From a virus (Duplodnaviria; Caudoviricetes), in IMG/VR virus record IMGVR_UViG_3300035682_000031, positions 1,223 to 65,222 of that record: a stretch of 64,000 nucleotides of DNA; one strand, written 5' to 3'. The notes under the pieces are model-generated. The model was not told the origin of the DNA, searched no databases, and worked only from the letters and a program-made list of their open reading frames with translations. The position numbers and the translations under genes were made by a program. This document shows positions 8,822 to 16,736 of the stretch, one piece after another (position 1 is the first letter of the stretch; every line of letters starts with the position of its first letter).

Positions 8822-9790
8822 TCATTCGGATTCTCCTAATGCGGGGCTAGTTAGCCCCCACGTTTCGCCCCAAAACGCACGCGTCGGGGCGTAGCATTCG
8901 TCCATCGAATAGGTTGATGTTCCATCGAGTACTGGACGCCATTGGTAATATTCATCCTCTGGGTCTTTTGCGTCGGGATAAATGTCCACGTCACGAATTG
9001 TCTTGAGTTCGAAAATCGAACCGCTGCCATACGCGTCGCCGTAAAACCCGACGCTTGCACCCGCTGGGATACGAAAGCCACCCTCGTACGCTAACAAGTC
9101 GTCCACGTCAATAAGACCGATAATCGTGAGCAGCACCGCGCTGCCTGATTGATCTAGTAATTCTTGCGCCAAGTCTTCTGCACGCACGGCAGGGTCGCCA
9201 CGGTAGATTGTCGGCCATAATCCGCGTGTTGTAATGCCTTTAGCGTGCATGTGGTATTGCACCTCGGCTGGGTTTAAGCACAGGGCTTTCATAACATCGG
9301 CAAAATACGACTCTTCACCTTTATAGCCATCGCCACTCGATTCAGCGTGATTTGAGTTCATACAGTCGTGGTTGGATTGTAATTCCATGCGGACGGTTAA
9401 CTTGCCCGTGTTCCTGCATAAGTCTCTGAGTGCGTCGCTTTGGTCACGATCTCGGATGGTGTCACGGATTGAATCTTCAAACGGCGCTAAGTATTCACGC
9501 ACGTCGCCCTCGTCTAGCCCGTAAGGTTCACCCGCAGCGCGACAAGCGTCAAGCAAATAGTCCATCTCCGCATCGTGCGCATTGTCTGAGTACCACTCGT
9601 AAATATTACCATAAAGGGTGCTCATGCGGTCATCAGCGGTCGTTAACAACGACTCAAGCAATTTTACATGGTCGTCAAGGTTATCGGTGTAATCGACGTA
9701 AGTTAGATACGTTTTTTCGGGCAAGTGTGATTCGACCACTGCGTGCCAGTCGATAGAATGTGGGTCGAAGGCTTTGTTTTCGGTTTGCAT
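8822..9790 (-). CDS. acidic hypothetical early protein
   Basis: 322-aa ORF, first gene downstream of the 10114-10142 promoter. Confidence 0.75.
   Translation of the reverse strand: MQTENKAFDPHSIDWHAVVESHLPEKTYLTYVDYTDNLDDHVKLLESLLTTADDRMSTLYGNIYEWYSDNAHDAEMDYLLDACRAAGEPYGLDEGDVREYLAPFEDSIRDTIRDRDQSDALRDLCRNTGKLTVRMELQSNHDCMNSNHAESSGDGYKGEESYFADVMKALCLNPAEVQYHMHAKGITTRGLWPTIYRGDPAVRAEDLAQELLDQSGSAVLLTIIGLIDVDDLLAYEGGFRIPAGASVGFYGDAYGSGSIFELKTIRDVDIYPDAKDPEDEYYQWRPVLDGTSTYSMDECYAPTRAFWGETWGLTSPALGESE
8843..8858. repeat. palindrome copy 4 (GGGGCTAGTTAGCCCC)
   Basis: One mismatch; 5 nt upstream of an AGGAGA SD. Confidence 0.85.
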
Positions 9791-9808
9791 TTTCTGATCC
9801 TGTAGTGT

Positions 9809-9824
9809 GGGGCTAATTAGCCCC
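9809..9824. repeat. palindrome copy 5
   Basis: Exact; 6 nt upstream of the SD of 8822-9790. Confidence 0.9.
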
Positions 9825-9923
9825 TTTGGTTAATTCATAAAACCACGCTTGAGCATGGGCTTATGAATTGCACCGATGTGTCGGTGCGGGTGATACTCAA
9901 GGTATTGTTCGGGCTTCGGTGTC

Positions 9924-9939
9924 GGGGCTAATTAGCCCC
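9924..9939. repeat. palindrome copy 6
   Basis: Exact; in the leader region. Confidence 0.9.
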
Positions 9940-10113
9940 GCAGTCTGTGACTGCCGATTTTGTGCTTGATCTAACCGTTGTAATACGGCGATGCCTTGGC
10001 TGTGGCATTCAGTGTCACGTTGTAGCGTGACAATTAGCATAGAGTTGTTAAATAGCGGCGGCGTTTGTTTCAATGGGTTCTGCGCCTTGGCGCTTCCCTT
10101 ACCTGATGATGCC

Positions 10114-10142
10114 ATTATACGCCATGGCGCGTCCTGCGTCAA
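10114..10142 (-). promoter_or_regulatory. sigma70-type early promoter
   Basis: TTGACG-17 nt-TATAAT. Confidence 0.8.
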
Positions 10143-10189
10143 GTGCAAAAGTAACCTATCCTTTCGGACTGAGTGGTGTACACTATTGA

Positions 10190-10990
10190 CACACATTACA
10201 AATGTAACAGACTAATTTTGAGTTAACTGCAAAGATAAATAGGGTTTAGTGTTTTAAGTGTTTGATTTTATTGACTATTTATTTTTGCACGAGCGTTCTA
10301 ATATTTAAGCCGGTTTTAGCCTGTTACGTTTTTGACGAACGCGCAAAATAAAAATGTAACTGAATAGAATCAATGGTTTACAGAGTTTTTAATGCGTTTG
10401 CGGGGCGATGCTCTGAAAGGTACGTAACAGAGGTAAGTGTTTGATTATAATAGAAAAAATGGCATGGGTTACTTTGCGTTACGCGGCATTTTCGGTTGTG
10501 TCTGCCTGAGTACCCTGACGTCCAAAAGATAAAACGTACTTAAGTTTGTTTATAAGTTGACAAGAATTAAGTTTTCTTATAAGTCGCAGTTATATGGAAA
10601 AACGGTTAACTCGCTATTAAATTCTAGAAAATTGAGCCGGAGGACATATATGGCACTTTTTGATGTAACGCTGTAACAAGTAATTAAATAAATAAATAAT
10701 ATTATATTATATATAAGTAACAATTATATATTTTTATAAATGCAATATATAGGGAAATTTCCCTATAAGTGCCGCCTTAACTTCTCGGTTAAAAGATAAG
10801 AGCCTGTTACGGCGTTACACCGCTTCTGTCAAAAAAGTAACTCAAAATGTAACGCCGTAACAGGCTCTTATCTTTTAACGTGTTTTTTAATTCAGTTTTA
10901 AATTTTTCCCTATAAGTGCCACCTTAACTTTTAAATCGGTTTTACCGCGTTACATCTGTTTTTGCCGCGTAACGCTACATGTAACGGGTG
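10190..10990. other. AT-rich non-coding region, candidate replication origin
   Basis: No ORF; many GTAAC/GTTAC motifs, an AT tract (10680-10750), and direct and inverted repeats. Confidence 0.5.
10788..10879. repeat. perfect 32-bp inverted repeat with 28-nt spacer
   Basis: GTTAAAAGATAAGAGCCTGTTACGGCGTTACA (10788-10819) and its reverse complement (10848-10879). Confidence 0.95.
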
Positions 10991-11072
10991 TCTCCACAAT
11001 CATGGAGGATATAGAAGCCGAGACGTATATAAAACGGCACATTTCTACGGTTTATAACGCACTCAGAATCAC

Positions 11073-11088
11073 GGGGCTAATCAGCCCC
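11073..11088. repeat. palindrome copy 7 (GGGGCTAATCAGCCCC)
   Basis: One mismatch. Confidence 0.85.
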
Positions 11089-11097
11089 GATAGACGC

Positions 11098-11161
11098 AAA
11101 AAAGAAACGCCCGCACGGGGCGGGCATGGGGGCAAAAGAAAACCCCGCTTTCGCGGGGTTT
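11098..11161 (-). terminator. two tandem Rho-independent terminators
   Basis: Hairpins at 11140-11161 (GAAA loop on the minus strand) and 11109-11125, each followed by a U-rich tract. Confidence 0.8.
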
Positions 11162-11164
11162 GTA

Positions 11165-11710
11165 TTACTTGGCGAGTGAATCAACGTAGCCACATATTTG
11201 CACTAGGACATCGGGATGGTTATCACTGATGTAATCTAACCAATCAATAATCGCCAGTTTGTCAGTTGGATCAAACGGTAACATATTATGACTCGGTGCG
11301 CCACGAACTTCAATTGCCGGTGAATCGTCGATTGATTCGTTGATCTTCGTTTGATTGCCTTTTGGCTGCTTGGTGTAAGTGCGCACATGTTCTCGTGCGA
11401 GAATATCGACGGCATTGCTAATCAATGACGCGGCTGGGTTATCCGCTGATTTTTTGCCCGTGTAGTTTTCCCCAAAAACCGCAATACCTATTTCTTTTTT
11501 TGTGGGCAAGTTGTGAACATCCAATTTAATAATGATGAGTGCCATCCGACGCGCCGCGCCATGTGTAGATTTTAAGCCTCTAGCAAAGTCCGCTAATACT
11601 TTGTTTGCTGTGTCACTTGTTTTTGCTGCCTCTTCAAACCACGCTGAAGCGGGGTCAACTTGTGCAGTGATGGCGGCGAGTGCTTTGTTTTCTTGAGTAG
11701 AGTTTTTCAT
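11165..11710 (-). CDS. hypothetical immediate-early protein
   Basis: 181 aa; monocistronic between a perfect promoter and the double terminator. Confidence 0.75.
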   Translation of the reverse strand: MKNSTQENKALAAITAQVDPASAWFEEAAKTSDTANKVLADFARGLKSTHGAARRMALIIIKLDVHNLPTKKEIGIAVFGENYTGKKSADNPAASLISNAVDILAREHVRTYTKQPKGNQTKINESIDDSPAIEVRGAPSHNMLPFDPTDKLAIIDWLDYISDNHPDVLVQICGYVDSLAK

Positions 11711-11731
11711 TTTTAAGTTTCCTTTATGAGC

Positions 11732-11747
11732 GGGGCTAATTAGCCCC
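11732..11747. repeat. palindrome copy 8
   Basis: Exact; 6 nt upstream of the SD of 11165-11710. Confidence 0.9.
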
Positions 11748-11789
11748 TTCGTTAATTCGGCTTGGCGTTATTGCTTAACCGATGAATAC

Positions 11790-11818
11790 ATTATATACGA
11801 GACTGGCGCGTTTGTCAA
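11790..11818 (-). promoter_or_regulatory. perfect-consensus sigma70 promoter with AT-rich UP region
   Basis: TTGACA-17 nt-TATAAT. Confidence 0.9.
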
Positions 11819-12143
11819 ATGGATTTTATATATTTATTTAATTTGTTTTTATGTGTTGTTTTAATTTAACATTAGCAACAAAGTTTAGGCGGGCGTTAAG
11901 TGTGTCGGTGTTGCGGCGGTCGTGTGTGTCGGTGTTGCGGCGTCGGTTGGCTGTGGTGCAGTGGTAGAGTGAATGACACCCCCCTATGGGACACGGCGGC
12001 GCAGCAGACCCCTAGGTGGAGAGAGGGGTACCCCCACACGATTATATCCACCTCAGAAAATTGAAAAATACACCCCGAAAAAATCCCAGCCCACTTATAT
12101 AAAAGTCAGAAATACGAATGTGACAAACGCGCCACATACAGGT

Positions 12144-12169
12144 AAATAAAAACCACCCCGTAGGGTGGT
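12144..12169 (-). terminator. Rho-independent terminator
   Basis: ACCACCC-TACG-GGGTGGT followed by a T tract on the minus strand. Confidence 0.75.
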
Positions 12170-12173
12170 CAGT

Positions 12174-12431
12174 TCAAGCGTTGTAAAGGGCCTTGGCAAA
12201 CTGGCTCCACGGCCAAATCCAAAGCGGCTCTCGTGTCCATAAACCATCAACCAGTTGTGCCACGGCGATGATAAGCGTGAACGGGCAGAAGATTGCCAGG
12301 ATAATAGAAAACCCCATGTGTGCACACCACTTGTCGAATGACGGATCCAACGTGCGAGTTGCCAGACAAGCAAAGATGCCGCCAAGCGTCCAGACGAATA
12401 GGGCCGCGTAGCCCAGCCAGAAGTATGTCAT
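12174..12431 (-). CDS. small membrane protein
   Basis: Likely start MTYFW with AGGAGA SD; two hydrophobic segments. Confidence 0.6.
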   Translation of the reverse strand: MTYFWLGYAALFVWTLGGIFACLATRTLDPSFDKWCAHMGFSIILAIFCPFTLIIAVAQLVDGLWTREPLWIWPWSQFAKALYNA

Positions 12432-12625
12432 GTTTGATCTCCTAAATGTCGATCCTTCGTTAGTGTTGCCATATAACACGGGAAGTCGTCATAGCCCGGA
12501 ACGAAGACAGGTATGACATGCCCCACCAATTCCCAACCGAGTATCGTTAATGTATTGATTGAAGCTTCCAGTTCGGCGAGCTTGGGTTTTCTCAGGAGCC
12601 TCACTCGTTTCGCGCTGAATATCAT
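12428..12625 (-). CDS. small protein, DUF1737-like
   Basis: LEASIN.L...GWELVG...YMATL pattern. Confidence 0.45.
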   Translation of the reverse strand: MIFSAKRVRLLRKPKLAELEASINTLTILGWELVGHVIPVFVPGYDDFPCYMATLTKDRHLGDQT

Positions 12626-12933
12626 ACAACCTCCCCGCGATGTTCAAACTGCTCATTGTATTTACGGATGTAACGAGATGTTTCAGGCAATATAAAGTAA
12701 CGCAAACCGTTACCGTCTGCTTCGTCCACAGGGATAGGCTGGCCAGCTTCTACATAGGTTTTTATATGGTCGATTACCAACGTCTGCAATTCCAAGTCTG
12801 TTTCTGCAAAAAAAGATTTATTGAGACTTGGGAAGTCTAAAAACCCACCACGATAGACCGTGGCAACGTAAGACAGGGGTTCAAAAGTTTCGTTCATATA
12901 AAGCTCCTTAAATTTTAAAAACGTCAATTTCAT
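12622..12933 (-). CDS. HicB-like domain protein (putative)
   Basis: FPSL...AET..EL...V.DHI..YVEAGQPIP resembles the HicB N-terminal domain; no HicA seen. Confidence 0.4.
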   Translation of the reverse strand: MKLTFLKFKELYMNETFEPLSYVATVYRGGFLDFPSLNKSFFAETDLELQTLVIDHIKTYVEAGQPIPVDEADGNGLRYFILPETSRYIRKYNEQFEHRGEVV

Positions 12934-13714
12934 CAGATTGTGCAGCCATCATTTCTTGCAGACGCATCACCCGACAGGTTCTAAATTCTACTTCTTGGTC
13001 AAATGACGACCAGTATGTCACGTCTTCGGGCATAGCAATCTTACCGATATAATTCCCCTTGCGTGTAGCTCGTACGATATGATTATTTGCACCAACATGC
13101 ACGCGCACACATGGCTTGCCGACAACAACAGCTTCGGTAAAACAGTTGCGCCACACAGCACGGAATACACCGTCCTCACCACCGTGGTCGCGGAGAAATT
13201 CATCTTCTGGGAAACGCACAATCTTGGCCAGTTCAGTTCGCATCACAGTGTTGCCGATGGAGCCATACACCAGATCACCAGCGATGGACTTGTAATACCC
13301 AGACGTTTCGATCTCTGGCGGTAGTCCCACGTATTCCATCGGCATAGCGATAAGATTGGTGCGCGATTGCGGGTGTAAGCCGAGTACGACTTCGTCGAGA
13401 CGGTTGTCGATGTATTCGTCATCAGCGTCGAGGAAGGCGACAAGCGGTGTGCTAACGCTGGTAAGCCCCATATTACGAGCATAACCTGCCCCATGCGGCT
13501 GTCCGTATGTACGGCCTGTTGACTCGTAAGAAACGCCTCGATAATGGGCAAGCTGACACGCGCGTACATGGTCTGAGCGGCACGAACCGTCCACAACAAT
13601 AATGACTTTATGCACACAATTCTGGTGTAGCGCGGACTGCACGGCACGGCCAAGCGTATCAGCGTGCTTATAACAGGGGATGACCACGGTTGTGGCCAGT
13701 TCAGATTCGATCAT
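12908..13714 (-). CDS. family 2 glycosyltransferase (GT-A)
   Basis: VVIPCY, IIVVDGS, G..ARN.G, AFLDADD and GEDG motifs. Confidence 0.85.
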   Translation of the reverse strand: MIESELATTVVIPCYKHADTLGRAVQSALHQNCVHKVIIVVDGSCRSDHVRACQLAHYRGVSYESTGRTYGQPHGAGYARNMGLTSVSTPLVAFLDADDEYIDNRLDEVVLGLHPQSRTNLIAMPMEYVGLPPEIETSGYYKSIAGDLVYGSIGNTVMRTELAKIVRFPEDEFLRDHGGEDGVFRAVWRNCFTEAVVVGKPCVRVHVGANNHIVRATRKGNYIGKIAMPEDVTYWSSFDQEVEFRTCRVMRLQEMMAAQSDEIDVFKI

Positions 13715-13763
13715 GGGGGGACCCTTTCTCTAAAAAGTAACCTATAGTACCATAAATAAGTTA

Positions 13764-13792
13764 TTGACACAATAAAAATAACCTGTTATAAT
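13764..13792 (+). promoter_or_regulatory. perfect-consensus sigma70 promoter
   Basis: TTGACA-17 nt-TATAAT at the strand switch. Confidence 0.9.
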
Positions 13793-13821
13793 GATTTCCA
13801 TACTAACGTCGAGATACCCCC

Positions 13822-14334
13822 ATGACACAAATCAAAACCCAGTACGATGACAACGCCGAGGCCGAACTGATCCGGCTCTGGACGGCTGGCGATCGTGTCT
13901 CAGAGATCGCACGCAAGACAAACCGTAGCATATACAGTGTGCGGACCAAGTTAAAGCACCTGCGTAAAGCGGGTACCGTCGATGCACGTCGTTTGTCTCC
14001 GATTACCGTGAAGAAGATTGCACGAGATATTTACGATGCAGTCGATCATCCACACATGCTTAAAGATCTTGCGCTGACCGAGTATTTCGTACGTTTGGCC
14101 AATGGGCGTCGAGCTCTGGCCGAAGAACACCTACAACAGTTTCAGGATCAATCTGGCCGTTGTGTTTACTCAGGCGCTGCGATGTCACCCAACCGACCTG
14201 GACTGGTGCCAGTAGTTGACCCAGAGCTGGGCGCGTTTGCGTGCGATTTTATTATTCGAATGAAACAGGATTATAAGGCAGCGAGTTTCATAGCGTTGTG
14301 TCGAGTAATCGCCGAGAAAGACAGAAATGGATGA
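13822..14334 (+). CDS. HTH-containing protein, possible regulator
   Basis: N-terminal LW.AG.RVSEIARKTNRS..SVR HTH; C-terminal GRCVYSG segment. Confidence 0.6.
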   Translation: MTQIKTQYDDNAEAELIRLWTAGDRVSEIARKTNRSIYSVRTKLKHLRKAGTVDARRLSPITVKKIARDIYDAVDHPHMLKDLALTEYFVRLANGRRALAEEHLQQFQDQSGRCVYSGAAMSPNRPGLVPVVDPELGAFACDFIIRMKQDYKAASFIALCRVIAEKDRNG

Positions 14335-14530
14335 CGAGATATTATATGCTTGCCAAATCGCGGATTGTTCATCGTTGAAGTCGGCTGTAAAATTATTGGA
14401 CAGCACTACTAAAAAATGTGGAGAGCGGCAATTGTACCGACTACACCGCGCCGGATATTTACCGACCGGAATATATGAGTATTTGTTAACGCTTCGCAAA
14501 GCTTTTCCCGACCAATATGTAAACAGCTGA
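14327..14530 (+). CDS. hypothetical protein
   Basis: 67-aa ORF overlapping the upstream gene. Confidence 0.45.
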   Translation: MDDEILYACQIADCSSLKSAVKLLDSTTKKCGERQLYRLHRAGYLPTGIYEYLLTLRKAFPDQYVNS

Positions 14531-14901
14531 CACCCATGCACGAACGCGCGGTTGTTATCCCCACAAGTGATTGACTATGCAGATATAATGTGATATGCTC
14601 AATGTGTGGCGATGTCTTGTTTGGGTAGTTATCTGGGGGGATCTTGACGTCGTCACCCCTAACATTATGCCAATTGACAAAACAACCTGTTGCCCGTATG
14701 GGACATTCCAAGAGACCGTCATTGTGACCAACAAGACGAACAACTCTCCTGCGAATCAACAGGCACAAGTGTTGATGGGCAAGCAGAAAATGCCGCTGGA
14801 TAAGTTCATGGCCAAATTTCCATGTGAGACTAAGTTGTACAACACGTCTTACGTTTGTCCACCAAAAGGGTCAGAGACCCTTTAACCCGCAGGAGAAGTA
14901 G

Positions 14902-15132
14902 ATGACTACAGAACTAACATACGGCCAGAAGGCGGTTGGACTCACATTCAACCCAAGTAATGATGATAAAGTCCAAATTATCAAAGCGCAATTCTCCGAT
15001 ATTATTGACGGGTTGAGTAATGAACGAGACCGCACAAACCATGACGAGGTAAAGCGCATGTTGTCGGTTGCGATCACAGAAGCACAAACAGCACAGATGT
15101 GGGCGGTCAAAGCCGTTACTTGGCAATATTGA
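14902..15132 (+). CDS. Acb2/Tad1-like helical hairpin protein (putative anti-defence sponge)
   Basis: AGGAG SD; C-terminus R.LSVAITEAQTAQMWAVKA resembles the Acb2/Tad1 hairpin. Confidence 0.45.
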   Translation: MTTELTYGQKAVGLTFNPSNDDKVQIIKAQFSDIIDGLSNERDRTNHDEVKRMLSVAITEAQTAQMWAVKAVTWQY

Positions 15133-15561
15133 ATAAGCCAGTGGAAGTGCCGAAGGTTGGCTTTAATGAGGCTTTGCAGCGAATAGCCAAGTTTGATAGG
15201 AGAAAGTTGTCTGATAATTTGAAACAAAAAATAGCAAAGAAAGAACCTTACTGCATTAAAGAAGTGGTACAGGGCATTTCGCTATTGCTTGTAAATTAAG
15301 TCTATATTATTATTGCCGCGTCTACTAACATAGACTGGCTTACAAGTGACAGGGTATCCCCGAGTCACCCTGCCTTGACTTAATGTATTATGGTCATATA
15401 GGTATTAGCCATATCCGAGCCCTCCATTTTAGAATTACCCGTCTAAATCGGTGCCGCCGCTAAGCTGGCTTGGGTAGCAAATTGAAAGCCTCATGCCTTA
15501 GAACATTGGGCTTGTGTTAAACGGGGCTAAATTTAGTCCTGTCAAGTATATAATTTCCCCG

Positions 15562-15595
15562 GAGATTGCAGGTTCGAACCCTACATTTCCGACCA
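15562..15595 (+). pseudogene. 3' half of a tRNA (Pro-like acceptor end)
   Basis: T-arm GCAGG-TTCGAAC-CCTAC then ATTTCCG-A-CCA; no 5' half upstream. Confidence 0.55.
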
Positions 15596-15597
15596 AT

Positions 15598-15672
15598 TCC
15601 ATTGAGGTGTTTAACGGTAAACACGCTGGGCAGATAGCCCAGAGATTGCAGGTTCGATCCCTGCCTTTGGAG
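15598..15672 (+). tRNA. degenerate tRNA, anticodon GAT (Ile-like), probably a pseudogene
   Basis: D stem GTGT/ACAC, anticodon stem CTGGG/CCCAG, T-arm GCAGG-TTCGATC-CCTGC; two T:T mismatches in the acceptor stem and A at position 33. Confidence 0.6.
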
Positions 15673-15686
15673 CCCCATCTATGATG

Positions 15687-15716
15687 AAGATGCTGGTTCG
15701 AGTCCAGCCTGTCGAG
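15687..15716 (+). pseudogene. isolated tRNA T-arm fragment
   Basis: GCTGG-TTCGAGT-CCAGC. Confidence 0.45.
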
Positions 15717-15762
15717 AGCCGTGTAAAAGCGTCTTGGCGGTAGCTTAAAGGTCAAAGCGTCG

Positions 15763-16272
15763 TCACCCCTTAAAACCGCCCGGTGGTACGTTTGTAACCA
15801 CATTGCCGGTCTCGGTTATTTTTACACCCACATCTGAATTTTCTGCGCCGATTATATAACGTCCCGGCTTGCATTTGTATGAACACCAATCATTCTTCGA
15901 TGATACCGATCCAATAATTTGCTGCCCAAGACACCCGCAATAGGTTTCGTCGAACCCTTTGCCTCTGACAGGTGTAACGGTATTGATGACGGTTTCACCC
16001 CCAAACACAACGGCGACGATGGTTGGATTTTTGAACACGTCTTTTCCTGAGAATTCGACCCAGTCCAGATAGCCGTTTTCTACCGTTGCGCCTTCACCCA
16101 CAGTGCTGAATGGTTCATCCGAATCCAACTTAGTCCATGTGCAATCGACAAACACACACCCAACGCCAAACTCGCATTTAGCATAAAAAGTGCAGTTGAT
16201 AAAAATACACCCGTCTCCGAACGTGTCTCCGGGACCGAATGTCTGACCTTCAAATATTTGACCGTTTGCCAT
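15763..16272 (-). CDS. beta-helix repeat protein
   Basis: N-terminal hexapeptide-like repeats (TFGPGD TFGDGC IFINC ... EFGVGC VFVDC); lone minus-strand gene before terS. Confidence 0.65.
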   Translation of the reverse strand: MANGQIFEGQTFGPGDTFGDGCIFINCTFYAKCEFGVGCVFVDCTWTKLDSDEPFSTVGEGATVENGYLDWVEFSGKDVFKNPTIVAVVFGGETVINTVTPVRGKGFDETYCGCLGQQIIGSVSSKNDWCSYKCKPGRYIIGAENSDVGVKITETGNVVTNVPPGGFKG

Positions 16273-16292
16273 AATATGATATACTCGCGCGT

Positions 16293-16736
16293 ATGAATAC
16301 CCCCGCTAAGTATACCTCACAAAGAACTCCCGTGGAAATCGCAACCATCGCACTTGATATGGTGTTGTATGGAGACGACGATCTGGTTGGTGTTCTTGAA
16401 ACACACGCGTTAACCGAAGAAGAACTATTACATTTAATGGACGATCCGCACTTTGTTGCGGAGATGCGACGCGTGAACACCGAGATGGCAACCCCACACG
16501 GCGCGATTAAAGTTCAGTCATTATCCATGCTGTACGGCCATGTCGCTACCGTAAACTCGATTGCTTCGGACACTATGGAAGCTGGTGCTACGAGGCTTCG
16601 GGCAATCTCGCAGTTGGCTGCATGGGCCGGTTTAGGGGAAGAGGACGGCAAAACCGGTGGCGGTCCTATGGTAAATATTTCGTTCACGGGGATCACACCG
16701 ACAAACACAGTGATAGAGGTTAATCGAGATGAGTGA
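16293..16736 (+). CDS. terminase small subunit (putative)
   Basis: 147-aa helical protein overlapping the TerL start; C-terminal VNISF strand. Confidence 0.65.
   Translation: MNTPAKYTSQRTPVEIATIALDMVLYGDDDLVGVLETHALTEEELLHLMDDPHFVAEMRRVNTEMATPHGAIKVQSLSMLYGHVATVNSIASDTMEAGATRLRAISQLAAWAGLGEEDGKTGGGPMVNISFTGITPTNTVIEVNRDE

Noticed and set aside
9897-11229. ORFs 9897-10196, 9991-10215 and 11002-11229
   Set aside because: They overlap promoters, palindromes and terminators and lack clear SDs.
56-11747. Palindrome copies as a CRISPR array or integron attC sites
   Set aside because: Spacing is irregular (0.1-3.4 kb), the unit is only 16 bp, and there are no cas or integrase genes; the Cas4-like nuclease is an ordinary phage exonuclease.
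15562-15595. tRNA 3' half as attP
   Set aside because: No integrase in the window, the T-stem is mismatched, and other tRNA fragments nearby point to a decayed array.
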